Shown piece by piece: positions 39,885 to 53,160 of a DNA stretch of 64,000 nt. This stretch comes from Octopus sinensis (taxonomy: Eukaryota). The DNA lies in contig NC_043002.1 of the NCBI RefSeq assembly GCF_006345805.1, forward strand, positions 105,400,001 through 105,464,000, read 5' to 3'. A model generated the notes under the pieces. That model saw only the letters and a program-made list of their open reading frames with translations, did no database searches and had not been told where the DNA came from. Every line of letters starts with the position of its first letter. The stretch's first letter is position 1. The translations under genes were made by a program, and so were the position numbers.

Positions 39885-40233
39885 TCGCCATACTAATATG
39901 GCATTCTTATAAAATAAGAATAAGCTGACCGCTTATTAGCTCCATGAGGCCATCGCCTTAAGTTAGCTATTTGATACACAAACTGTATCCATATAACCTT
40001 CGAACAAGGGAGGTCAGTCGCTCCACACTACTTGACGGCGCAGCTACAGACGCGTTTCGGGGTATTGCCGGTCAAGTAGTGTGGAGCGACTGACCTCCCT
40101 TGTTCGAAGGTTATATGGATACAGTTTGTGTATCAAATAGCTAACTTAAGGCGATGGCCTCATGGAGCTAATAAGCGGACAGCTTTTTTCTTATTTTTAT
40201 AAGAATGCCATATTAGTATGGCGATAACTATAT
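39876..40233. repeat. Long fold-back of a family-C PLE terminus (about 160-bp arms, 34-bp spacer)
   Basis: 39929-40036 is the exact reverse complement of 40071-40178 (108 bp); the outer arms differ by a few changes. Confidence 0.95.
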
Positions 40234-40376
40234 TTTCCGGGAACGCTGCCGCTGTTCTCTTTTAGAGAGACTTAGTTATTTTAATATTTCTATTAATATA
40301 TATATATATACATATATATATACATATATATTATATATATATATATATACATACATACATATATATATATACATAT

Positions 40377-40408
<32 letters not shown>

Positions 40409-40589
40409 ATTTCTATGCATCTAGATATACATTATGTGTGTGCATTTGAATGCTATTACAAACACTACTATTTTACCGTTTTATCATTCTTATTGTATAT
40501 CTTTAATGTTTTCGTTATAGAATTCTTGCTATTAGTTGGTTAAAAACTAAAGGTCCTAAATCCTAATTCATTATTTCCTGATCTTCGTA

Positions 40590-41113
40590 ATCTACGAATA
40601 TGACAGAGACAGAAATCTACATAAAACGACGAACAAAGATTAAAGATTACTTCTCAATGAATATTCTAGAAGACTAGAAGTCTGGGTTATAAAAGACTCC
40701 ATACACAAATACAATGCAAAAACTACATCAGTAAATCCACCCAACAACTGAATACGAATCAGTAAAAATATAATACGTATTAAATGCACAAAGGCTATAA
40801 AACAGACGAATACATAATCCAAATCCTCATGAAACGGAACAAAAAATGCAGTGTACATAAAGCTAATAACACCAAACACCAGATTCTCATTATCACACCA
40901 CAAGCAATTAATCCAGAAAGCAAATTGTTTATGACCAAAGCAATCTATGAACTTGGTTGTAAAACTGAAAGCAGTAAAGTTCCGAACTTGAACTGTTCCA
41001 TTGTTCTTACTTGTACAACATACTCCTGTTGGTCAACCATGCATTTACGACGAAGAGCAACTGCAGCACGTTATATGAGACAAAAAAAGGAGTTAGAAAA
41101 ACACATAAAATAA
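40590..41113 (+). pseudogene. Decayed Penelope-like ORF (RT-to-endonuclease linker / GIY-YIG region)
   Basis: MHKGYKTDEYIIQILMKRNKKC..LIIT..SKLFMTK..VPNLNC..LRRRATA resembles the PLE linker pattern QMH..YK.DE..I..I..RN..C..LIIYY..K..MKNN. Confidence 0.6.
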
Positions 41114-42252
41114 GTACCATCCAAATACTGGGGTCGATGTAATTGACTACTCCCTACTCCCACATAATATAAGGTTATATTCATTTATATTCATTCAAGA
41201 ACTTTCAACCCGCCTGCTCCTGTGTTCATACAAAATGTATATATATATAGGCACAGGAGTGGCTGTGTGGTAAGTAGCTTGCTTACCAACCACATGGTTC
41301 CGGGTTCAGTCCCACTGTGAGTGGATTTGGTAGACGGAAACGGAAAAGAAGCCCGTCGTATATATGTATATATATATATGCGTGTGTGTGTCTGTCCCCC
41401 TAGCATTGCTTGACAACCGATGCTGGTGTGTTTATGTCCCAATTACGTAGCGGTTCGGCAAAAGAGACCGATAGAATAAGTACTGGGCTTACAAAAGAAT
41501 AAGTCCCGGGATCGAGTTGCTCGATTAAAGGCGGTGCTCCAACATGGCCGCAGTCAAATGACTGAAACAAGTAAAAGAGTAAAGAGTATATATATATATA
41601 TAATATATATTATATATATATATATAATATATATATAACCGAATTAGAACGTAATGCACGACTATAAGTAAAGCACATGCGGGCAGATAGATGATTCAAA
41701 GACGGGCAGAGAAAATCAAGACGGAGCATGCATAGCTTTCTTTCATCAGTGAAGCATCCAAACATCATTATAGTTTCGGCCTGTTGCAACTGCTCAAAAT
41801 TAATAGGCCCAAAAATCTAAGCTAAGGCCGTTAAATTTTTGGAAGAAAGCAAGCGAATATGTGAGACAACACACATAAAAACGAGAAAACGGAGAAAATG
41901 TTACAAGCAATAAAATTTTTTATGTCAGCAATGACCATATTGCAAGAGAATGTCAAAAGAAACACGAAAACATCATATACACCGAACAATTTATACGTGG
42001 TTACTGACATGAAAGCGTAACACTCAAAACAATTTAGTAGTAAGGCCCACATTCTGAAAATGTTGTTTAACACTTTATGAACTGTCTTTCCTGGACTGAA
42101 AGAATCTGATACGAATATACATCAAAATATGGAATTTAAAAAAAGCTAAAACTGCATATTTTTCATGTTTTTAATCGCAAATAGAAACTGTGTTCTCCAT
42201 ATGTGTGTATTTGAGTGTTTTTATTTATGTATTCATATATATATATATTCTA

Positions 42253-42423
42253 TTGTGTCTGGGGAGAGTCATTCTCTTTTAATACCTTATAATTTAACAC
42301 ACACACAGGTTGCAAGACGCAACGAAACTTCTAGAAAAGTATAAACGTAAAAGTGTGGAAATTTTATCGGTGAGGGTGTTAAATTATAAGGCACTAAACG
42401 AGAATGACACTCCCCAGACACAA
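42253..42423. mobile_element. MITE with about 47-bp TIRs
   Basis: TTGTGTCTGGGGAGAGTCATTCTC..CCTTATAATTTAACAC / GTGTTAAATTATAAGG..GAGAATGACACTCCCCAGACACAA. Confidence 0.85.
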
Positions 42424-43083
42424 CAGAATATACTTCAACTTCCCCAATGGTCAATGATGATCTTTGATCACAAGAGTACAGCCATCCTGTTTGAGCGTAT
42501 ATCAGATATTATGTATACACATATGCACCTGTATATGCATGTGTGTGGGCGCCTGTGTGTTTGTGTATGTGAATGTTTTGATAGCTTTCCACACGGTTTC
42601 CAACATAAAAATCTTAACAGTTGATTTATTCAAAACTATAAGGAACGACAAACAAACTGCTAAGCAATGGGATTGAACGCGAAACCACTCTATTGTATAT
42701 ATAACTACGTCAGTCACAGCACATCCATATTGCACCTTCCGTGCAAAATTTCTGTTGGTATTCAAAGCTGAATGCTTCTCTGCGCTTCAGCATAATTCAA
42801 AAGGACGGAATTAATTGGTCTTTAATACATTACACAAGTGTTTACATGGGCGGCCGTATGTATATATATATACACGCGCACGCACACACACACAAATATA
42901 TATATATAAACCTATATCCTTTAGGTATATGCAAATATCTCTATTTACACACATACACACACACACACACACATTTCTGTGTCTGTGTTTGGAACTATAT
43001 CTTCAATATATAAACGAATGTGTTCATATATATATGTAAACGCACATATATTATATTCATTTTAATTTGCATATATACATACA

Positions 43084-43140
<57 letters not shown>

Positions 43141-43237
43141 TTTAATATATATTATATACATATATATATATATATATGTATGTATATACATACATACATA
43201 TATATGTATATATACATACATATATAAATATATATAT

Positions 43238-43273
<36 letters not shown>

Positions 43274-43325
43274 ATATACAACATATATATATATAAATAT
43301 ATATAATATATATAATATATATATA

Positions 43326-43361
<36 letters not shown>

Positions 43362-43779
43362 ATTTATACATACATACATATATATGTACATGACCATATA
43401 TTTGTATACAGCTGCTCTGGCATATTGAGGCTTCCTAAGAGACATTTCATGTCAAGTGCCTAGATTTGTCTAGAGACTCTCAAACGGTTTATATCTATAC
43501 AACTGTCACTGACAGCTTACATCATACGTCCAATTTTTCAATATGCTTAATATTACATGCCACTCAGCATTTATCTCCCCTTTCTTTATCAATTGCCGAC
43601 TTTTATTGATGTTGGTCTTGTTGTTGTTCTGTTCTTGTTGTTGTATGGAAGCTAACGTCGTTATTTTCAAACTTCTACTTCGTCCTTGCTTTCAATTTTC
43701 TTCCACTTATCTTTATCCTTCTCCACACACATTTTTTCTTTTCTGGTTCTTCTTCATTTTCTACTTCTCCATTTTCTTT

Positions 43780-44500
43780 TCCTTCTTGATCTCTTTCTTC
43801 TTCTTCTTCTTATTCTTCTTCTTCTTCTTCTTCTTCTTCTTCTTCTTCTTCTTCTTCTTCACCTTCTTCTTCTTCACCTTCTCCTTCTCCTTCACCTCCT
43901 TCCTCTTCACCTTCTTCTTCACCCCTTCTTCTTTTTCTTCATCTTCTTCATCACCTTTTTTTTCACCTTCTTCTCCGTCACCTTCTTTTTCCTTCTTCAC
44001 ACTCTTCTTCACCTTTTTCTCCTTCATTTTCTTCTTCCTTTTCTTCTTTGTCTTCTTCTTCACCTTCTCCTTCTTCTTCTTCTTCTTCACCTTCCTCTTC
44101 ACCACCTTCTTCCTCTTCTACTTCACCTTATTCTTCACACTATTCTTCTTCTTCTTCTTCTTCACCTTCTTCCTCTTCACCACCTTCTTCCTCTTCTTCT
44201 TTACCTTCTTCTTTACATTTTCTTCTACTCCTTCACCTTCTTGTTCTTCACCTTCTTCACACTCTTCTTCTTCTCCTTCGCCTTCTTCGTCACCTTCTTC
44301 TTCTTCACCTCTTCGTTCTTCTTGTTCTTCACCTTCTTCACCTTCTTCTTCTTCACCTTCTACTTCCTCTTCGTCTTCACATTCTTCCCCTTCTCCTTCC
44401 TTCTTCTTCTTCTTCCTCAGCTTCTTCACTTTCTTATTCTTATTTATCTTCTACATCTTCCTTTTCTTCCTCTTTCCTTCTAGTTCGTCTCCTCTTCCTT
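43780..44500. repeat. Polypyrimidine (CTT)n/(CAC) compound array
   Basis: Direct reading; the Glu-rich minus frame has TAA/TAG stops and frame switches. Confidence 0.95.
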
Positions 44501-45269
44501 CTGCATTTCAACACACACACACACACACACACACACGCAACACACAAACACTGCATGCGCGCATGTATGCATTCAGACATAGGCCAAACCGTATCGTCAA
44601 GATGTACCAAACGCAACCACGAGCAACAGCATTTCTTGTTCAAATTCATTGCGTGGTAGCCTGGATTTGAACCCAAACATCGTAGTTGCAAATCTATCTT
44701 CTGAACCCCTCAGCCACATCTGCTCCTCTAAAACGATGTTTCACGAATTCGGGGCTCGTCCTTGTAGTTGGATATACAATCTATCCTCACCCAAATATTG
44801 CATGAGGAGACCCAAGCAGTCGGTGTCTATTGAAATCGGATCGAACCCGTGTACTTGTCGATCGGTGTATCATTGTATGTAGGTGCATAAGTATAATTGC
44901 TTTAGTTGCTTTTTAATTTCAATACATATTTTAATATATTTCTGCTAAAGCATTACGTCCTTGCGACGGGGTGTGTGTGTCCCGTCCAGGTGAGAAACCT
45001 AGACGCCAATGAAACCGGGAAACCGGCCCTCTGGACCCAGGCATGGCTGGAGAAGGAACAAACAACAATTCACGAAACGTAACTCTTCGATCAGCTGTTA
45101 CCTCTTTGTGATATTTAGGTGGCGAGCGGGTAAAATTGCAAAGCGTTCACTTCATCCGTCTTCACGTTCGAATTCCCACGAGATCGACTTTGCCTTTTAT
45201 CCTTTCGTGGTCAATGAAAAAAGTACCAGTGATCGATCTAATCGACTTATGCCCTTCGCCAAAATTACG

Positions 45270-45301
<32 letters not shown>

Positions 45302-45388
45302 AATATATCTAAATATATCTATATATATGTGTGAATGTGTGTGTGTGGATAAGAGTACGCTGTAGTCATGAAAATATATATACATAAT

Positions 45389-45425
<37 letters not shown>

Positions 45426-45427
45426 AT

Positions 45428-45476
<49 letters not shown>

Positions 45477-45504
45477 ATATATATACTACAGATAGATAGA
45501 TAGG

Positions 45505-45551
<47 letters not shown>

Positions 45552-45565
45552 TAGATAGATAGATA

Positions 45566-45632
<67 letters not shown>

Positions 45633-45639
45633 AGATAGG

Positions 45640-45676
<37 letters not shown>

Positions 45677-45707
45677 GATAGATAGATAGATAGATAGACA
45701 GACAGAT

Positions 45708-45749
<42 letters not shown>

Positions 45750-46516
45750 GATAGATGATAGATAGATACACAGATTAACTCCGTTCGTGGTGTTGATGAA
45801 TGTATTCGTCATGAAGAATTCGGAACAGAACTGTTGGCAGTGCGGGTGTTTCTGGTAAAATTAGATGTGTAAATGGTTGTATAGCAGCAGACAACGTACC
45901 TGTGGTTGTTCGACTATTAGTGTTGATCGTATTAGTATTCAGAGCTCCGAATTAATTACATCAAAGACAAATTATGCTCCTATCAAGCCGATATAATTTT
46001 CATCCTCCCAAATTTCGGTTACTTTACTAATTTAATCAAACAATGTGGATTTTATAGCACCTGTCATACAGTTTTCTCACGAGATTCCTATTAGCATAAT
46101 TTAGATGCGATCATAAAACACTTACAAATATATGAACACTCGCACACATACACAAACACGATTACACCTATGTATAAGTTTATGTATTTCACTATATATA
46201 TTTATATATATACACATATATATATACATATATATACATACATATATATACATATATATACATATACATATATATACATATACATATATATATACATATA
46301 CCTGGCTTTGGGTAAATGAACATACAAAAGTTTCAGTTAATTATGATTTTATTTAACAAATTCTCCTCTCACATTTCTCCTCTTCAGTGTTTTTAAGCTC
46401 TATAAAGAACTCAGATATTTGGGCCTCCAACCAGGCCCTTCGCGACACCCTTAGAATCAGGAACTTTTCAGCGTCACCTCGTATATATGAATATATGATG
46501 CATACGGGCATATATA

Positions 46517-46718
46517 TTTCTTTATTACTCACAAGGGGCTAAACATAGAGGGGACAAACAAAGACAGACAAAGGTGTTAAGTCAATTATATCGACCCCAG
46601 AGCGTAACTGGCGCTTATTTAATCGACTCCGAAAGGATGAAAGGCAAAGTCGACCTCGGCGGAATTTGAACTCAGAACGTAACGGCGTGCTAACGTTTCT
46701 ACCAGCTTGCCGCCTTGC
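46517..46718 (-). mobile_element. Well-preserved Meta-domain-type SINE with a deletion in the tRNA region
   Basis: Reverse complement GGCGGCAAGCTGGTAGAAACGTTAGCACGCCG|TTACGTTCTGAGTTCAAATTCCGCCGAGGTCGACTTTGCCTTTCATCC..TTTAGCCCCTTGTG. Confidence 0.85.
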
Positions 46719-47849
46719 ACACGGGCATATAATCATTTATCTCCCCCTCTCCAGTACTGAGCAAGTAATCTCTTAGTTCATTGTAAACTTGTGTAATTAT
46801 AAACAAATATGACAGTTTATGTTTTCCAGATTCACTAAGACATTCGTCATCCCGGGACCTAAGCAGAAGACCCTTGCTCAAAGTAGCATGCATTGAAGCA
46901 AAACCTGAACCATGCCTTTGTATTTTTGATGTTACTAATTCATGGATTAGTAATAGCATGGATATGGATAATGGACGAGTATATCTGAGAAGAGCAGTTA
47001 GGAAGCACCGCCAGAAATACCGTGAAGGGGCCAGCAGCTCACTTTGGGAATAGAAAAGTGGAAAAAGTAGGAATTGTTTTGATAACTTCGACTGATTGGT
47101 TACGTAATTAACGGCGTTGAAAAACAAGTGTTAATTAATGAAACGAAAATTATTGTGAAAGTACGTATAAATCCCTGGCAAGCACTGGACAAAGACAATC
47201 TGTCCCTGGGGAGGTCTGTTAACACCGAAACGCGCTCTAACTTGTCACCGGTCTTGTCAATAGTCCGAAATTTGTATTAATTCACCAGTTAATACGTTAA
47301 TCCGTGGAATTTTAATTTAATCTTACTAAACTGTTAGAGTTGTCATTGTTGCAGTTCTATACCACATATTAACGGTCCATTGACAGATAATCACCAACTG
47401 GTATCTTGGTGGCTTTAGGGGCGTCCTTTATGCTGCAAAGGCTTCACCGGGTCGCTGTCTTTAGGATAACTTTGTCCCTCACTTTGATCTCTTCCTCCAG
47501 TTTGGAGATCAGGAAACAGTAGCATGAATGCTATATTTTGTTCCTTGTCTAAATAGTTTTATGATACAATTATTTCCATATATTGATATAGTTTGTATCG
47601 CAGTAAGTATATTTGCATTCTGAGAGATGTTATGTTTCGCACGACTGAGGCCTTTGCATAATTTCCTTCAGCTAATAAGTATATCAATGCAACTCACTGA
47701 TTTCTCATAATGCAACTATGTCCAACAAGATGCTGCGTGGAAAGATGAGAACAGGTTAAATTTCTCTGTCGTAAATGTATAGAAAGACCATAGTAACCGG
47801 CAGGTTTATGCGACAGTAGGCTACTACTAAAATATTAATAAAATATTAC

Positions 47850-47937
47850 CTGGACATAAATGTTGGAAATCTACCAAAAGTATTTGGTAGATTATAATGA
47901 AATGATATTCTCCAGCTAAGTTGACATTACAGACGGA
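47850..47937 (-). other. Weak exon candidate (88 bp)
   Basis: Acceptor TTTTGTTTCCCTACTTTGTAG| and donor CCAG|GTAATA; one open frame SVCNVNLAGEYHFIIIYQILLVDFQHLCP with no recognised homology. Confidence 0.15.
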
Positions 47938-48075
47938 CTACAAAGTAGGGAAACAAAATGAATTGGTTGTGGATGTCTTTGCTGTAATTGTTTAGCCCTA
48001 AGTTAACTCTAAACGATCAGATCTATAACCAAAGCTATTTCCATGATGACCAACTACTTTTATATTTCAGATTTA

Positions 48076-48244
48076 CGAGGGGCGTTCAATAAGTAATGCC
48101 CCTGACCCACTTCCCATAGCAGTAGAGCAACGAAACTTGGCACAGTTATTAGTCTTTTTCTACGTAGGAACGACCCATGCAAAATTTCAGCTAGATCAAA
48201 CAATTGCAAGTGGGTCAGAGGCATTACTTATTGAACGTCCCTCG
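48076..48244. mobile_element. 169-bp mariner-type MITE
   Basis: About 37-bp TIR CGAGGGGCGTTCAATAAGTAATGCCCCTGACCCACTT / AAGTGGGTCAGAGGCATTACTTATTGAACGTCCCTCG with TA on both sides. Confidence 0.9.
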
Positions 48245-48863
48245 TATATATAGAGGTGTAATGTCACTCAAACTACATGCTCTGGTGTAATTCCTTTCTT
48301 TTCTAAGACAGCGGAGGGTGACATGAAAGTATGCCTGCTACTTTCAGATGGCCGACTGGACCCTATTTCCCTAATCATTTAGATCTCTGATCAAAAGCAT
48401 TTCAGCGATGATTACGGCTATATTTCCCAAAGTCCTTCATTTTTATATACCTACATTTTATTAGTAACACACACACACACACATCGATATTTATAAAGAG
48501 TGATACAGAGATACATATATATATGTGTGTATGTATGACTGCGTGTGCTTATATACACATAAATACACACGAATATAATTACAGGTGTATATAATTTCAT
48601 TTGCGTGTCAACACTAGATTTTACTCCTTTTGTATGATTCTGAGGAATCGATTCTGTGTGTAGGACACCTCATACATGAATGTTCGCATATATTATTGAA
48701 TAATAAGGGCAATGCGCATGCGACCGATGTTCGATGAAGCAACTGTAAATTGAAAGAAAAGGACTTATTCCAATCTCCTTGCTTATAATTATAAGCACGC
48801 GCGCAGGCACGCACACACATATACACATAAAATATACATAACATATGTATGTATGTATGTATG

Positions 48864-48927
<64 letters not shown>

Positions 48928-48930
48928 AAA

Positions 48931-49205
48931 AGGGTAGAGTCCTTTTGGTCATGAATGACCATAGGATAACACCTAGAAGGTTCCTCTCCGAAGCACAAGT
49001 CGAAGCAAGGCTGTTTATGGAAGACCAGCAGTCGCCCATGCATTCCAGCCTCCCCTCCCCACGCCACTGATGTTATCCAATGGAAAGGTAAAGGCCGACA
49101 CATCTTGGCACCTGTGACGTAGCAGCACATTTCTGCAGCTCAATGAAATAAAGAGTCTTGCTCAAGAACACAACACACAGCCCAGTCCAGGAATCAAACT
49201 AACGA
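48931..49205 (-). mobile_element. Degenerate SINE (core plus LINE-like tail)
   Basis: Plus strand GTCTTGCTCAAGAACACAAC is the reverse of a SINE core; the tail family is assigned from recollection. Confidence 0.5.
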
Positions 49206-50071
49206 TTGTTTATATGCTTATAGGAGTCGATTGTTTCCTTTGTTGAAAGTTTAGAGGTTATTTCTTGCTGGTCGTGCGACCAATGAGAGCCTCAGTGATA
49301 ATTGCAATAGAAATGGTATTTATTTGTGACACAATTTCTTTTGTGCCATTTAGAATCATATTCTTTGCAAAGCTTTTTCCTTCTCTAATCCCACATTCTT
49401 TGAAACTCATAATTTCGTATCGTACTTGTGAAGGTTACACGGAAAGGTTACGTAATGGATTGTTATTCAGTGTAGGTATTAACCTCTCCGCATCTACATC
49501 ATTCCATGGTAGTTAATTAAGAAGCTTAAATATTCAGGAGACGACATTTGGCATTAAAATTACGTGACATAAAATTTGATGCCACAATTAGAAAAACAAA
49601 CCTTCCAGTTTAGAGGGAGGAGGTCAAATATGGAACGACAAAAAATGGGAGATACTGCGAGGGAAAAAAAATCATTGTTTTCAGAAATACAAGAACAATA
49701 TAGAATTTGATCTGTTTTTGACATTTTAAGATGTTTTGTGTTCAACAATAAATAATCACTTTTACTTCGACAATTAAAGGTTTATTCTTTTAAACAATAG
49801 GGAAAGGATTTCTAAATTTTATTTCATAAAGTAGATCTCATTACGAGCCTGGAATTCAAAATGTGAACACGTAGATCTCCGCTTCTCGCAACAAAGCGCT
49901 TTTAACTGCTGGTCGACAATGGGATCTGACTACAATGGCAGAAAAGATCTAATGCACAACAATTGTTGCTTTTATTCATATCATGCAAAATCTCTCATTT
50001 CCAAGAAATTCCCATGTGAATAAAATTAAAACTGATGCACTATATATACATAGATACATACATCCATCCAT

Positions 50072-50113
<42 letters not shown>

Positions 50114-50126
50114 TATATATAATATA

Positions 50127-50162
<36 letters not shown>

Positions 50163-50303
50163 TGTATGTATGTATGTATGTATGTATATGAATATTGTTT
50201 CATTATCCTTATTTACAATATGTACGATCATTGTACAAATATGTGCAAGCCATGCAATAATGCAAGCATGCAATAATTTCTTCTCGAGCTTTCTCTTATG
50301 CAG

Positions 50304-50395
50304 CAAATGGAACTTATGCTATGCGTGTAGTTCCTGAAGAGTACTATAGACTACTAGTGGAGCCCATGGAAATTCCGCAGAACGAAAATGCTTAA
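50304..50395 (+). other. Weak terminal coding-exon candidate
   Basis: Pyrimidine tract TTTCTCTTATGCAG| then NGTYAMRVVPEEYYRLLVEPMEIPQNENA*; unrecognised peptide, may be repeat-derived. Confidence 0.15.
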
Positions 50396-50946
50396 GCTAT
50401 TTAAGAGAGAAAGGATGACTTGCAATTCCCTTCTAGTCACAAGGTTTTATGATTTTTAAATTTTACTCTGTTAAACACTTTGTATTTCTCTCTTTCTGTC
50501 TCTACGTCTTTAACAAACATTTTAACCATGTAATTTCCGTTTTCATGTCTTTAACATTCCTCTTTTGCTCTTCAACTCTCACTTCCACTAACACATGAGT
50601 GGCTAGCTACTCTCACATTCACTCTCACACTCCCTCTTCCTCTCTCCCTCACTAACTCACTCCACCTATTCCTCCTCTCTAACAAACTAAAGCGTATAGT
50701 GTGAACGAACAGGCGGAAGAATAATGTTATAGATTTAATTCGATAAAGAACTTTTCCCAACCAACACAACACCACAACCATCACCACCACCACCATCATC
50801 ATCACTATAGTTTCAGTAAGAAAGCTCATTTCAATTCAGTTCAGCTGTTTTTTTATATCTATTTTTCTTCGTCTCGGTGTATCTCTACTCTGACTATACA
50901 AACGCTCTCTCTCTCTCTCTTACTCTCTGTCTCTCTTACTCTGCCC

Positions 50947-50991
<45 letters not shown>

Positions 50992-51258
50992 AATGTAACT
51001 ACCTTCCTTGCCCATCTCACTCCATGTGCCTTTCTTTTACCTTACCACCAGAACATCTCCCTCTGCTAAATATTGTATCCTAAACATATCCATTTTACTT
51101 CTCCATCCCCACCCTACAGCACGTAGTTAACACATCTCTCTCCCTCTTTTCTCTCGCCGTCTTTTTCTCTCACTCTTCGCCTCCCATTCTACTAACCACA
51201 TGAGTGAAGCATTCTTCTTTCTACTCTATTCACATTCCTCCCCTCTCTCCCCCTCTCA

Positions 51259-51289
<31 letters not shown>

Positions 51290-52185
51290 TTTGGCACCAC
51301 TTCTCACTCACTTCACCTCCACTGCTCTAACTAGCTAAAGTATAACGGGCGAACGAACAAGCAGGTTATTATGTAGACTGTACATATTTAAGTTCAGGAT
51401 TTCTTTTTCTATACCTTAATTAACAACTATGTTTTTATATTTAGACAAGTTTATTTACTTACTTTTTGTTTCCGATTCTGCCACGCAGGTCTCCATTACA
51501 TGCTGTGTTCGTGTTTAGTAACTATTTACATTAGTTTCCCTTTATGCTTTACCAGATTATTTTGCTACATATAATAGCTATGAAATATAAAAATATTCTA
51601 ATTCCAGAAAACTCCTACCTCTATATATTCGGAGCAAATATAATATTTCTGGGTGAGATTTTCACTTCGGTATTTTAAATACGATCATTATTGAACTTGT
51701 TTTCCCGTCTAGACTTGGTAATTCATTTAGTGTCCAGTTGAGAATATTATAACTGTAACTTATCACTGGAACAGCTAAAGTATTGATTCCTATTATCTTA
51801 TTTATTGTACATTTTTGTTTTACATTTATCTCTGTTTTAAGTATTAATCTAATGCAGCTATAATATTCCTATCTAACCTTTTCTTTCATATATGTGTGTT
51901 AGACACTCTTTGCTTCATTAATTCCTAACTATTTGTAAGTCTGGCTTGGCTCTAATTCACTTACCTCTGTTCCTTTATCTAACATGAAATTATTATTATT
52001 ATTGTCATTATTATTATCATTATTATTATTATTAATATCATTATTATTACCATTGTTATTATTATTATTACAACTAATACAACTATCATCACTATTATTA
52101 GAATTATTATTATCGTTATTATTATTATCATTACTATTATTATCATCATCATCATTATCATTATTACCATTATTATTATTATTAC

Positions 52186-52240
<55 letters not shown>

Positions 52241-52872
52241 GAGAAAGTAGCGCATGCCATCAAAGTGATACGGGGCTATAAATATACGAAGCTCAGTATA
52301 ACCATATGTGCGTGACAAGGTCATTTTATATCAAGATAAACAGCACATGATCCTGCAGGTGGATTCCAGTTAGAATTTTCTTCTGGTCGAGTAACCAGAA
52401 GGTCCCTGAATAAGGTTAGTTTAAGGATGTTGAACGAAATACCTATGTTTCCAAAAGGGAATTATTCAAACATCTCACAACACACGGCTATGATGCTCCT
52501 CCACTACTTCTGCTTGTGATCAGAGATGCACATATCACCAGCCACTAAGAGACATGGTCAACTGGTTATGGTCAAACAACTGACAAGCAACTCTATGGTA
52601 ATGAGCAGAATATTTGCTGTAGCCCATTTTTTCAACCAAGACCGATAAAATATTAGGGCTGATGTAATCGACACTAACCCGCTTCCGAAGCTTGTGAACC
52701 TGTGCGAAAATTTGAAATCAGTATTATTATTGTTGCTGTTGTTCTTGTTAACATCCCCTTTATTTGCCACAAGGGGAGGGAGAAATATAATAGAGAAGCG
52801 AAATGTTAAACACAGGTATACAAAGATGTTATGCTATACACACACACACATACATGCACACACATGAATACA

Positions 52873-52911
<39 letters not shown>

Positions 52912-53007
52912 AAACAGACGTACAGAGACGCTGACGGACAAATATATATAAACCGTAATTGTATATAAGTACACTGATATATATAATAATTAGATTATTA
53001 TTAATTA

Positions 53008-53038
<31 letters not shown>

Positions 53039-53039
53039 T

Positions 53040-53082
<43 letters not shown>

Positions 53083-53095
53083 TAATAATAATAAC

Positions 53096-53160
<65 letters not shown>

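Noticed and set aside
43780-44500. Glu/Gly-rich RPGR-ORF15-like or neurofilament-like coding stretch on the minus strand
   Set aside because: The Glu frame has several TAA/TAG stops and frame switches; it behaves as a neutral purine repeat.
47195-47250. HHR-like CTGGGGA-GGT..ACC-GAAACGCGCTC
   Set aside because: Core and cleavage triplet too degenerate; at most a relic.
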